DNA of 22,082 bases from Octopus sinensis (GCF_006345805.1 NW_021823628.1:1-22082); one strand, 5' to 3'; positions 10,206 to 19,985 are shown, counted from the first letter of the stretch. The notes: generated by a model not told the origin, from the letters alone. Numbers and translations are program-made.

Positions 10206-10819
10206 GCGTTACTTAGCCCGTCCGTAACGCTTCTACGTGATTAGTTGAAACGGAGGGCTGAGGGGCGTTGGTAGGGGTGGTTTTAAGGGGGATGTGTCGG
10301 GAATGGGTGGAGAGGGGAGGGAGAAAGGAGGATAAAGGGAGGGGAAGGAGAGGGAGAGGTGATGGTGAGTGAAATGTGTTTTTTTCTTCCGTTACTCAGC
10401 CCGTCCGTGACGCATCCACGCGGTTAGTTGAAGGGGGAATGCTTGAGGGGTGGAGAAGGTAGGGGGAGACTAGAATAGTGTGGGTGGAATGGAGAGGTGT
10501 GAATGAGAGGAGAGGAGTGGGAATGAGGAGAGGAGGAGGAGGAGGGGAGGAGGAGCGGAGGGGAGGAGGAGCGGAGGGGAGAGGAGCGGAGGGGAGGAGG
10601 AGCGGAGGGGAGGAGGAGCGGAGGGGAGGAGGAGGAGTAGGAGGATATGAGTAGGAGTAGGAAGAGAGGAGGAGGAGTAGGAGGACAGGAGGAGGAGGAG
10701 GTGGAGGAGGAGAGAAGGATAAAGGGAGGGGAAGGAAAGGGAGAGGTGGTTGTCAGTGAAATGTGCTTTTCTCCTCTGTTACTTTGCCCTTCTGTAACGC
10801 TTTCACGTGATTAGTTGAA
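10206..10819. repeat. three copies of a 42-bp core separated by G/A-rich spacers
   Basis: cores at 10208-10249, 10391-10432 and 10778-10819 (5-6 mismatches versus core 1); about five GGAGGAGCGGAGGGG-type 15-mers in the long spacer. Confidence 0.85.
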
Positions 10820-11249
10820 GGAAACCGCGAAAAGCGAAAGAGAAAAAGAGAGCAAGTCGAAGAATGAGAGAGAAAGAGGGAGAATCTGAGTATTAAGTCT
10901 ATAAAATTGTGCATAAAGTATATAAAGTGTATATATAAAGTGCATTAAGTAATCCTCGTTTTCCAATGTCCTTCACTTTTCAATGATTAGCAGATGAGCG
11001 AATGTCATTTGATATAGACACGACACAGGCTACGCTTTCAGGTTTTTTTTGCATAAAGTTTTCAGAAACAACCCAAAAGGTTTACTATTATTTCCATGAA
11101 ATAATCACCGACCCCATTAGTGTGTGTATATGTATTTTAAAGATGATTTTTAGGCACAGCGGAAGAGAGTTAATGAAAAATAAAGCGAAATACAGGTGTT
11201 TCTGATTTGAGCATACGACAAGCAGTTCAAGGGAGAGGAAGTGTTAACC

Positions 11250-11400
11250 AATACTATCACCCCTAGAACTCGACTAGTGGGTGCTTAAGTGATCGACCCC
11301 GGGGGAGTGAAAAGTGGAGTCAGAGAGATTCGAACGCAGAGCGCAGGCGAATACTACAAAGTAATCTAGCCGTTACTCTTGCAACTCCACCGATTCGCCA
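11250..11400 (-). mobile_element. old degenerate B-like SINE
   Basis: plus strand tgatcgaccccggggg..aaagtggagtc..gattcgaacgcagagcg weakly resembles the reverse complement of B. Confidence 0.3.
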
Positions 11401-11471
11401 GCGTAAATATGTGTGTGTGCATATACATACTGTATATATATACACACACACACAGACACATATATATATAT

Positions 11472-11730
11472 ATACTAAGCAATAAAGGGTTTAGCAACGA
11501 ATTGCCTTACCACATACCGAATTTAGAAATAGCAGTCAAAGAGTTATAGCTATTTCTTCTACTAAAAAGGGAGATCTCAGTAAAAACAGCAATTGGAAGG
11601 CAATTCCAATTGCTGTTTTTACTGAGTTCTCCCTTTTTCGTAGAAGAAATAGCTATAACTCTTTGACTGCTATTTCTAAATTCGGTATGTGGTAAGGCAA
11701 TTCGTTGCTAAAACCTTTATTGCTTAGTAT
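11472..11730. repeat. 259-bp near-perfect palindrome
   Basis: arms 11472-11598 and 11604-11730 (127 bp each, 3 mismatches), loop GGCAA. Confidence 0.97.
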
Positions 11731-11824
11731 TACTTAAATTCTCCTCGAATGAGGTTTTTACATGCCGAAGACTACTTGGTGTAATTGATAATTATTCCAA
11801 TTAATTAATTTCACCCTCATTATT

Positions 11825-11828
<4 letters not shown>

Positions 11829-11891
<63 letters not shown>
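11829..11891. repeat. (AT)n
   Basis: direct inspection. Confidence 0.97.
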
Positions 11892-11896
<5 letters not shown>

Positions 11897-11904
11897 TTAT
11901 GTTT

Positions 11905-12125
11905 AGGTATGTACATATATTCAATATGTGACCGCGCGTTGGCGTTTTTTTCTCCGTCTTCCCTTCCTTGGATCTTTCCTTTTCCTATGTTTCTGACGAA
12001 GAGCTCCGCTCGAAACGTTAGATCCTCCTTCTTTCTTTCCTTTCCTGAGCGTCCAATAACACTATACTTGTTGCACGTCCTCGCGTTGTTGCGTTTTCTC
12101 TTGTGTTTTCATGTTTGGATAAACT
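11905..12125 (+). mobile_element. short PLE-type non-coding element carrying a hammerhead motif
   Basis: lies between two (TA)n tracts; pyrimidine-rich leader, hammerhead core, TTCCTGAGCGT motif shared with 6044-6206. Confidence 0.6.
11989..12023 (+). ncRNA. minimal type I hammerhead ribozyme motif (PLE type)
   Basis: GUUU-CUGACGA-A-GAGC(UCC)GCUC-GAAA-CGU-U/AGAU: intact catalytic core, palindromic AACGUU stem III, weak stem I (2 A-U + 2 G-U). Confidence 0.7.
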
Positions 12126-13036
<911 letters not shown>

Positions 13037-13404
13037 GTTCCTCATTTTGTTTTGTTTTGTATTTTGTATTTGTTTCATTTTCCTTTCGAATTTCCACTTG
13101 TGACAGTTTATCGCTTCAATTTATTTACCCACAATCTACATAACAACCTCATGTACCACATCAAACAGTGTTTGTCTGTATACCATTTCCTTTCTTTCTT
13201 TCTTTCTTTCTTTCTTCCTTTTTTCTATTTCTTCGACTTCAAAATTAAATTTCTTTCCTCATTATTACTATATGAAGCAAACCTTTAAGCTACTTCAACA
13301 TTTCATAAATGAAATTACATTATCATACGAATGACTTTATTGTTATCTGTCGCACTTGCCATCACCATTATTCAAAATGAAAAAGCAAAATGATAAGCAA
13401 AATT

Positions 13405-13612
13405 GTTAACACGCCGGATAAAACACCTAGCGTCATTTCGTCCGTATTTCCGTACTGAATTCAGATTGAACCGAGATTGACCTTGCTTTACATCCATTTC
13501 GTTTTGAGTTCATATTTCGCCGAGATCGACTTAGCTTTTGATCCTTTCGGGTTCGATAGCCTAAGTTCCTTCCCAAAAATTTCAGGTCCTGTGTCTTTAT
13601 TAGAAAGGATGG
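13405..13612 (+). mobile_element. degenerate B2-type SINE units
   Basis: gagttcatatttcgccgagatcgacttagc..ttcccaaaaatttcagg..tagaaaggat; shares diagnostic variants with 14091-14349. Confidence 0.7.
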
Positions 13613-13613
13613 A

Positions 13614-13997
13614 TGGAAGCACTCCGTCGGTTACGACGACGAGGGTTCCGGTTGATCCGAATCAACGGAACAGCCTGCTCGTGAAATTAACGTGTAAGTG
13701 GCTGAGCACTCCACAGACACGTGTACCCTTAACGTAGTTCTCGAAGATATTCAGCGTGACACAGAGAGTGACAAGGCCGGCCCTTGAAATACAGGTACAA
13801 CAGAAACAGGAAGTAAGAGTGAGAGAAAGTTGTGGTGAAAGAGTACAGCAGGGATCACCACCATCCCCTGCCGGAGACTCGTGGAGCTTTTTAGGTGTTT
13901 TCGCTCAATAAACACTCACAACGCCCGGTCTGGGAATCGAAACCGCGATCCTATGACCGCGAGTTTGCTGCCCTAACCACTGGGCCTTTGCGCCTCC
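13614..13997 (-). mobile_element. SINE family A, full length, inverted
   Basis: reverse complement of the A consensus from GGAGGCGCA to GTGCTTCCA; no TSD visible. Confidence 0.95.
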
Positions 13998-14090
13998 TCT
14001 ATACAATACGTTCCTGTTAAACACAGAGATCGATGTAATATATTTGCACCCAACCCTTAAAAATTGCTGGCCCTAAAATAAAGAAAAATT

Positions 14091-14349
14091 TTGCACGTCT
14101 GTCAAAATGTTTAGAATCATTTCGTCCGTCCTAATGTTTTGAGTTCATATTTCGCCCAGATCGACTTAGCCTTTGATCCTTTCGGGGTCGATAGCTTAAG
14201 TACCAGTTAAGCACTGGGGTCGATAGCTTAAGTACCAGTTAAGCACTGGGGTCGATAGCTTAAGTACCAGTTAAGCACTGGGGTCGATATAATTGACTAG
14301 TTCCTTCCCCAAAATTTCAGGCCGTGTGCCTTTATTAGAAAGGATTATT
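14091..14349 (+). mobile_element. B2-type SINE with internal 32-bp triplication
   Basis: GGGGTCGATAGCTTAAGTACCAGTTAAGCACT x3 at 14184, 14216 and 14248. Confidence 0.85.
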
Positions 14350-14455
14350 CTACAGAGCCCTTGTCATTATTATGGAAAGGAATGAGAGGATGGAATGAGG
14401 GGTTCTCTTCTCCAGGTAATATGTTAACGAGGATCGATGGCGATGGCAATAATGA

Positions 14456-14895
14456 TTAGAGCCGTGCGAAATACTTTGTGGTATTTCGTCCGCCGCTGCG
14501 TTCTGAGTTTAAATTCCGCCCAGGTCGACTTTGCTTTTCATCCTTTCGCGGTCGATAAATTAAATACCAGTTACGCACTGGGGTCGATGTAATCGACTTA
14601 ATCTCTTTGTCCTTGTTTGTCCCCTCTATGTTTAGCCCCTTGTGGGTAGTAAAGAAAGAGGTATTTTGTCTGCCGTTACGTTCTGAGTTCGAATTCCGCT
14701 AAGGTCAACTTTGCCTTTCATCCTTTCGGGGTCGATAAATTAAGTACCAGTTACGCACTGGGGTCAATGTAATCGACTTAATCCCTTTTTCTGTCCTTGT
14801 TTGTCCCCTTTATGTTTAGCCCCTTGTGGGCAATAAAGAAATAAGAAACGTTAGCACGCCGGGCGAAATACTTAGCGGTATTTCGTCTCTCTTTA
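14456..14895 (+). mobile_element. head-to-tail array of family B SINE units (2 long + 1 short)
   Basis: units start at ~14456, 14660 and 14844; each restarts at a different point in the tRNA-like head. Confidence 0.88.
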
Positions 14896-14908
14896 TTGAA
14901 CAAATATT

Positions 14909-15341
14909 CTGATCAGTACCTCAGATTTGCTTGACGGTTGTTTGACCGTAACCAGTTGAACATGTCCCTTAGTGGCTGATAATATGTGCATCTCTGATCA
15001 CGAGCAGAAGTAGTGGGAGAGTATCATAACCATGTGTTGAGAGGGATTCTTTGGGCTTTGAATAATTCACCTCTGGAGGCGTGGGCGTTTTGTTCATCAT
15101 CCTTAAAATAAACCTTATTCATGGACATTTTGAGCAGATGGGACTACTCAACCAGAGGAGAATTCTAACTGGGTCCCACCTCAAGGTCATGCGCAGTTTA
15201 TCTTGATATGAAATCACCATGTCACTCACATGGTGTACCCTTATCAGACATGTAGTCATGATGGGTATATTGGGCTTCGTATATTTGTACCCCGGTGTCA
15301 CTTTGATAGCATGTACTTCTCTCTCACTCAATAATAATAAT
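14909..15341 (+). mobile_element. retroposon 3' portion with (AAT)n tail (family D)
   Basis: non-coding, ends CTCTCTCACTCAATAATAATAAT. Recalled as a common octopus interspersed repeat; single copy here, so not confirmed within the window. Confidence 0.5.
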
Positions 15342-15593
15342 ACGGGGACGTAAACACACCAGCATTGGTTGTCAAGCGACGTTGGGGGGACAAACACAGA
15401 CACACAAACATATACACACATACATATATACGACGGGCTTCTTTCAGTTTCCGTCTACCAAATCCACTTACAAGGCTTTGGTCGGCTCGAGACTATAGTA
15501 GAAGACACTTGCCCAAGGTGCCACGCAGTGGGACTGAACCCGGAACCATGTGGATGATAAGCAAGCTACTTACCACACAGCCCCTCCTACGCC
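15342..15593 (-). mobile_element. SINE family C, 3'-truncated
   Basis: close match to the reverse complement of 15896-16160; stops at GTCCCCGTA. Confidence 0.9.
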
Positions 15594-15741
15594 TTGGTGC
15601 TTGGATGTTGAGTGTCTCTCACGATTATTAACAACCAAATATCAAACCTTATAATGTGTGGAAAGAGAACCTGTGAGACCTCTGACGACGGACTGCTGTC
15701 CTCTCTCACAGAACCCAACTGTACATAAAACAATAATACTG

Positions 15742-15895
15742 CTAATAATAATAATAATAATGATCTTTTCTAATACAGCACAATGCATGAAATTTTGAGG
15801 GAGGGGGCAAGTCGATTAAATCGACCCCAGTAGTTCACTATCGCGAAAGGACGGAAGGCAAAGTTGAGCTCAACGGAATTTGAACTTTGAACGTA
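15742..15895 (-). mobile_element. B2-type SINE 3' part with (TTA)n tail
   Basis: reverse complement gttcaaagttcaaattccg..ggggtcgatttaatcgact..aaaatttc..agaaaagatcattattattatt. Confidence 0.75.
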
Positions 15896-16294
15896 GTGGC
15901 TGTGTGGTAACTAGCTTGCTTACCAACCACATGGTTCCGGGTTCAGTCCCACTGTGTGGCACCTTGGGCAAGTGTCTTCTACTATAGCCTCGGGTCGACC
16001 AAAGCCTTGTGAGTGGATTTGGTAGACGGAAACTGAAAGCCTGTCGGATATATGTATATATATATGTGTGTGTGCGTGTGTGTTTGTGTGTTTGTGTGTC
16101 TGTGCTTATCCCCCTAGCATTGCTTGACAGCCGATGCTGGTGTGTTTATGTCCCCGTCACTTAGCGGTTCGGCAAAAGAGACCGATAGAATAAGTACTGG
16201 GCTACAAAAGAATAAGTCCCGGGGTCGAGTTGCACGATTAAAGGCGGTGCTCCAGCATGGCCGCAGTCAAATGACTGAAACAAGTAAAAGAGTA
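15896..16294 (+). mobile_element. SINE family C, near full length
   Basis: GTGGCTGTGTGGTAA..GGTTCAGTCCCACTG..ACCTTGGGCAAGTG..GCTCCAGCATGGCCGCAGTCAAATGACTGAAACAAGTAAAAGAG. Confidence 0.92.
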
Positions 16295-16571
16295 ACCAGA
16301 AGAAAAGCCAAGCATTTTGTTCGTCGCGCTAACACTTGAGCCTGCTTCTGTTCTCAAACCATTGTTCTCCACCAGAAAAACAAGAAAACAAAAGGAGATT
16401 GCAATGTTCTTGTCACAGGCCGTTCTTCTTCCATTTTGCCATTGTATCAACGGAATATTAAATAAGTCCAAACCTTTCAACTTGACTCTAATTGTTTTCC
16501 CTCCATTCACTTCGTGGCTTCATTTATCCTCTCTGATCGTTCTAATGGCATTTCTAATCACTTTTTTTGTT

Positions 16572-17108
16572 GCTGTTGCTGTTGGTGGTGGTGGTGGTGG
16601 TGGTGGTGGTGGTGTGGTGGTGGTGGTGGTGGTGGTTGTGGTGATGGTGGTGGTGGTGGTGATGGTGGTTGTGGTGGTGATCGTGGTGGTGGTGGTGGTG
16701 GTGGTGGTTGTGGTGGTGGTGGTGTTTGTGGTGGTGATGGTTGTGGTGGTGGTGGTATTGGTGGTGGTATTGGTGGTGGTGATGGTGGTGGTGATGGTGG
16801 TGGTGGTGGTGATGGTGGTGGTGGTGGTGATGGTGGTTGTGGTGGTGATCGTGGTGATGGTGTGGTGGTGGTGATGGTGGTTGTGGTGGTTGTGGTGGTG
16901 GTGGTGGTGGTGGTGGTGGTGGTTGGTGGTGGTGGTGTTTGTGGTGGTGATGGTTGTGGTGGTGGTGGTATTGGTGGTGGTATTGGTGGTGGTGATGGTG
17001 GTGGTGATGGTGGTGGTGGTGGTGATGGTGGTGGTGGTGGTGATGGTGGTTGTGGTGGTGATCGTGGTGATGGTGGTGGTGGTGGTGATCGTGGTGGTGG
17101 TGGTGGTC
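16572..17108. repeat. (GGT)n-based tract with internal ~213-bp-period duplication
   Basis: variant string GTTT..GTATTGGTGGTGGTATT..GATCGT recurs at 16724 and 16937. Confidence 0.92.
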
Positions 17109-17124
17109 TCGTCGTCGTCATCGT

Positions 17125-17940
17125 CGTGTCGCTTTCTTTTTCTTCTCTTCCTCCTCCTGCCTCTGTATTTTCGTTTTCTTCCTCACCCTCCTATTCTTAT
17201 TCTATTTCTTCTTCTTTCTTTTCTTCTCTTCCTCATTCTTCTTCCCAGCTCCATCCTCTTTCTTTCTCTTTTTCTCTTCCTTACCTTCTTCTTCTTTTTC
17301 TTCTTCTTCTCCTCCTCCTCCTCCTCCTCTTCATAATCTTTGAATTATTCCCTTTTTTTTACTCCTTCTTTCTCTCTTCCTCATTCTTATTCTTCTCTTT
17401 TTCTTCTCTTTTCTTTTTTTTTCTTTTCCTTCTCTTGCTTCTTCTTCGTCTTCTTCTCCTTCATCATCATCATTATTATCATCTTCTTCTCCTCCTCCTC
17501 TTCCCCCTTCTTTTTCTTCTCCTCATCCTCTTCTTTATCATCTGTCTCTTCCTTCTTTTCTACTCTTTCCTCCTCCTCCTCCTCCTCCTCCTCTTCATAA
17601 TCTTTTAATTATTCCTTTTTTTTTACTCCCTCTTTCTCTCTTCCTCATTCTTATTCTTCTCTTTTTGTTCTTCTTTTTCTTTTCCTTCTCTTGCTTCATC
17701 TTCTCTTCCTCCCCCTCCTCTTCCTCATTCTTTTTCTTCTCCTCATCCTCTTCTTTATTACCTGTCTCTTCTCTTCCTTTTTTTCCTACTCTTTCCTTCT
17801 CTCCTCCCCATTCTTACCCTCCGCCTTTCCACTCTTTCTTTTCTTTTCCATCTCCTTCTCCTTCTCCTCCAACTCCCCTCCCCATCTTCTCCCCCTCTCT
17901 CTCTCTTCCATCTTTCCTCTTCTTTCTTTCTTCATCTTCT
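17125..17940. repeat. pyrimidine-rich (CTT/CCT) tract with ~264-bp-period duplication
   Basis: TCATAATCTTT..ATTATTCC anchors at 17331 and 17595. Confidence 0.9.
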
Positions 17941-18283
17941 TGTCGTTCGTGACTACTCTTACTCTTGATGATGCCGATGATGCTGATGTAGTTACTGTTG
18001 TTGATATTGATCCAAACATTCGTGTAACCTTCCACGTTGATGTTGATCGCATTTGTATGTTATTCTTGTTGTTCCTAGCGCTGAGATGGCGGTGGCGGCG
18101 GCGGCGGAGGTATTGTTGTTTTTTTTTTGGTCATTGTTTTTTGCTGTCGGGTGACGCTTCCATTGTTGATCCTTAAATCATTCGCTGAAATCCTTCACAG
18201 ACTTTCATCCCCTTCGTATTATCTCCGTTTCTGGTGTCGTTGCTCTTTCCCAGCCTTTTGACGACTTGTATATTAATGAGCGT

Positions 18284-18673
18284 GGAGGCGCAATGGCCCA
18301 GTGGTTAGGGCAGCGGACTCGCGGTCATAGGATCGCGGTTTCGATTCCCAGACCGAGCGTTGAGAGTGTTTATTGAACAAAAACCCCTAAAAAGCTCCAC
18401 GAGGCTCCGGCAGGGGATGGTGCTGATCCCTGCTGTACTCTTTCACCACAACTTTCTCTCACTCTTACTTCCTGTTTCTGTTGTACCTGTATTTCAATGG
18501 GCCGGCCTTGTCACTCTCTGTGTCACGCTGAATATCCCCGAGAACTACGTTAAGGGTACACGTGTCTGTGGAGTGCTCAGCCACTTACACGTTAACTTCA
18601 CGAGCAGGCTGTTCCGTTGATTCGGATCAACCGGAACCCTCATCGTCATAACCGACGGAGTGCTTCCATTCCA
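18284..18673 (+). mobile_element. SINE family A, full length, (TTCCA)2 tail
   Basis: 13-bp TSD ATATTAATGAGCG at 18270-18282 and 18673-18685. Confidence 0.95.
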
Positions 18674-18767
18674 TATTAATGAGCGATCGTTTCGACTTAC
18701 CAAGCAACCTAATATCCTACGCGTAATTCATTCATGGTCTCAAAAATACAATTACTCAAACAACACT

Positions 18768-18830
18768 CGCAAAAGCAATGAAAAGCTTCTCATCTCCAAA
18801 CGAAGAACATCTGCTCCAGAGGGTCTCAAC
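18768..18830 (+). pseudogene. possible PLE GIY-YIG endonuclease C-terminal remnant
   Basis: translates RKSNEKLLISKRRTSAPEGLN, resembling the recalled PLE motif RxxxExxxIxxLxTxxPxGLN; short, no database check. Confidence 0.45.
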
Positions 18831-18888
18831 ATGCTTTTCAGTACAACATCTACATTGGACGATAGGTGTTCTCGTCTTGTTTGTTGTC

Positions 18889-18934
18889 AACACAGCGTTT
18901 CAGCTGGTGTACTCTCCAGCCTTCATCAGGTGTC
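18889..18934 (-). ncRNA. minimal type I hammerhead ribozyme motif (PLE type), mutated
   Basis: GACAC-CUGAUGA-A-GGCUGG(AGAGUACA)CCAGCU-GAAA-CGC-U/GUGUU; 5-bp stem I, 6-bp stem II, U16.1>C. Confidence 0.65.
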
Positions 18935-18992
18935 CTGGTGGGATTTCGAACACAATCCTCTATTTCACTAATGGGGTACTCTCTTCTCATTT

Positions 18993-19292
18993 CTAGTACT
19001 TATTTTTTAAAAGCCTCTTTTACCGAACCGCTGAAGTTACGGGGACATAAACCCACCAACACTGGTGGTAAAGAAGTGATGGAGGACAGATACAGACACG
19101 AAGACACACACACACACACACACAGATATACATATGTATATCGATATACAATGGGCTTCTTCTCAGTTTCCGTCTATCAAATCCATTCAGAAGGCTTTGG
19201 TCGGCCCGAGGCTACAGTACAAGACATTGTGGGACTGAACCCAGACCAATATGGTCGGGAAGTAAGCTTCTTACTACACAGCCACGCTTGCG
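18993..19292 (-). mobile_element. SINE family C, lacking the CORE-like segment and the 3' end
   Basis: reverse complement CGTGGCTGTGTAGTAAG..GGGTTCAGTCCCAC|AATGTCTTG.. (GGCACCTTGGGC deleted) ..GCGGTTCGGTAA..AATAAGTACTAG. Confidence 0.8.
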
Positions 19293-19371
19293 TATATATA
19301 TATACGTATGTATAGTATGTGTATATTTATATATATATGTGTATATGTATTTATATATATACATATTTCTT

Positions 19372-19594
19372 CATTTCTTTATTGCCCACAGAGGGCTAAA
19401 CACAGAGGGGCCAAACAAAGAAATTAAGTCGATTATATCCACCCCAATATTCAACTGGTACTTATTTAATCGACCCCGAAAGGATGAAAGGCAAAGTCGA
19501 CCTCGGCGGAATTTGAACTCAGAACGTAACGGCAGACGAAATACTGCTAAGCATTTCGCCCGGCGTGCTAACGTTTCTGCCAGCTCGCCGCCTT
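19372..19594 (-). mobile_element. SINE family B, full length, inverted
   Basis: reverse complement of 2346-2580. Confidence 0.92.
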
Positions 19595-19799
19595 ATATAG
19601 ATATGCACACGTAATGCATGTCTATGTATGTATGCATGTATGTGTGCATATTTGTGTGTATGTACATATTGATGGATGGATGGATAGATTTATTTGTGTG
19701 TAAAGTGTGAGTGTTGATTTTCATCATAATGTCAAAAAAAAGACACTGATAAAGAAACAATGAGCAAAAACGAAAACGTAAATGATTTTTCAAAATCGT

Positions 19800-19985
19800 A
19801 TTAAACAATATCTCAAACGATCTGTCGGTATTCGCTGCTTGGTCGTATATAACCACAGCAACCGGAAAATTGTTCAAATATATGGCGTTGAAACGGTGTT
19901 AACTTCCGGATAATTCCGGCGCCGTCACCTCGCAACGGAATATTGACGGATTAAACCGAAGTGCGTATGGCGGCGGGAAGGTAAA
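19800..19985. promoter_or_regulatory. CpG-dense unique segment with ETS- and YY1-like motifs (speculative)
   Basis: about 19 CpG in ~190 bp by manual count; ACTTCCGG (ETS CCGGAAGT) at 19902-19909, ACCGGAAA at 19861, two ATGGCG motifs. Confidence 0.25.

Noticed and set aside
15671-15711. CTGACGA followed by a GGAC/GTCC stem inside an 8-bp outer stem (hammerhead-like half)
   Set aside because: No GAAA after stem II and no NUH site or stem I geometry
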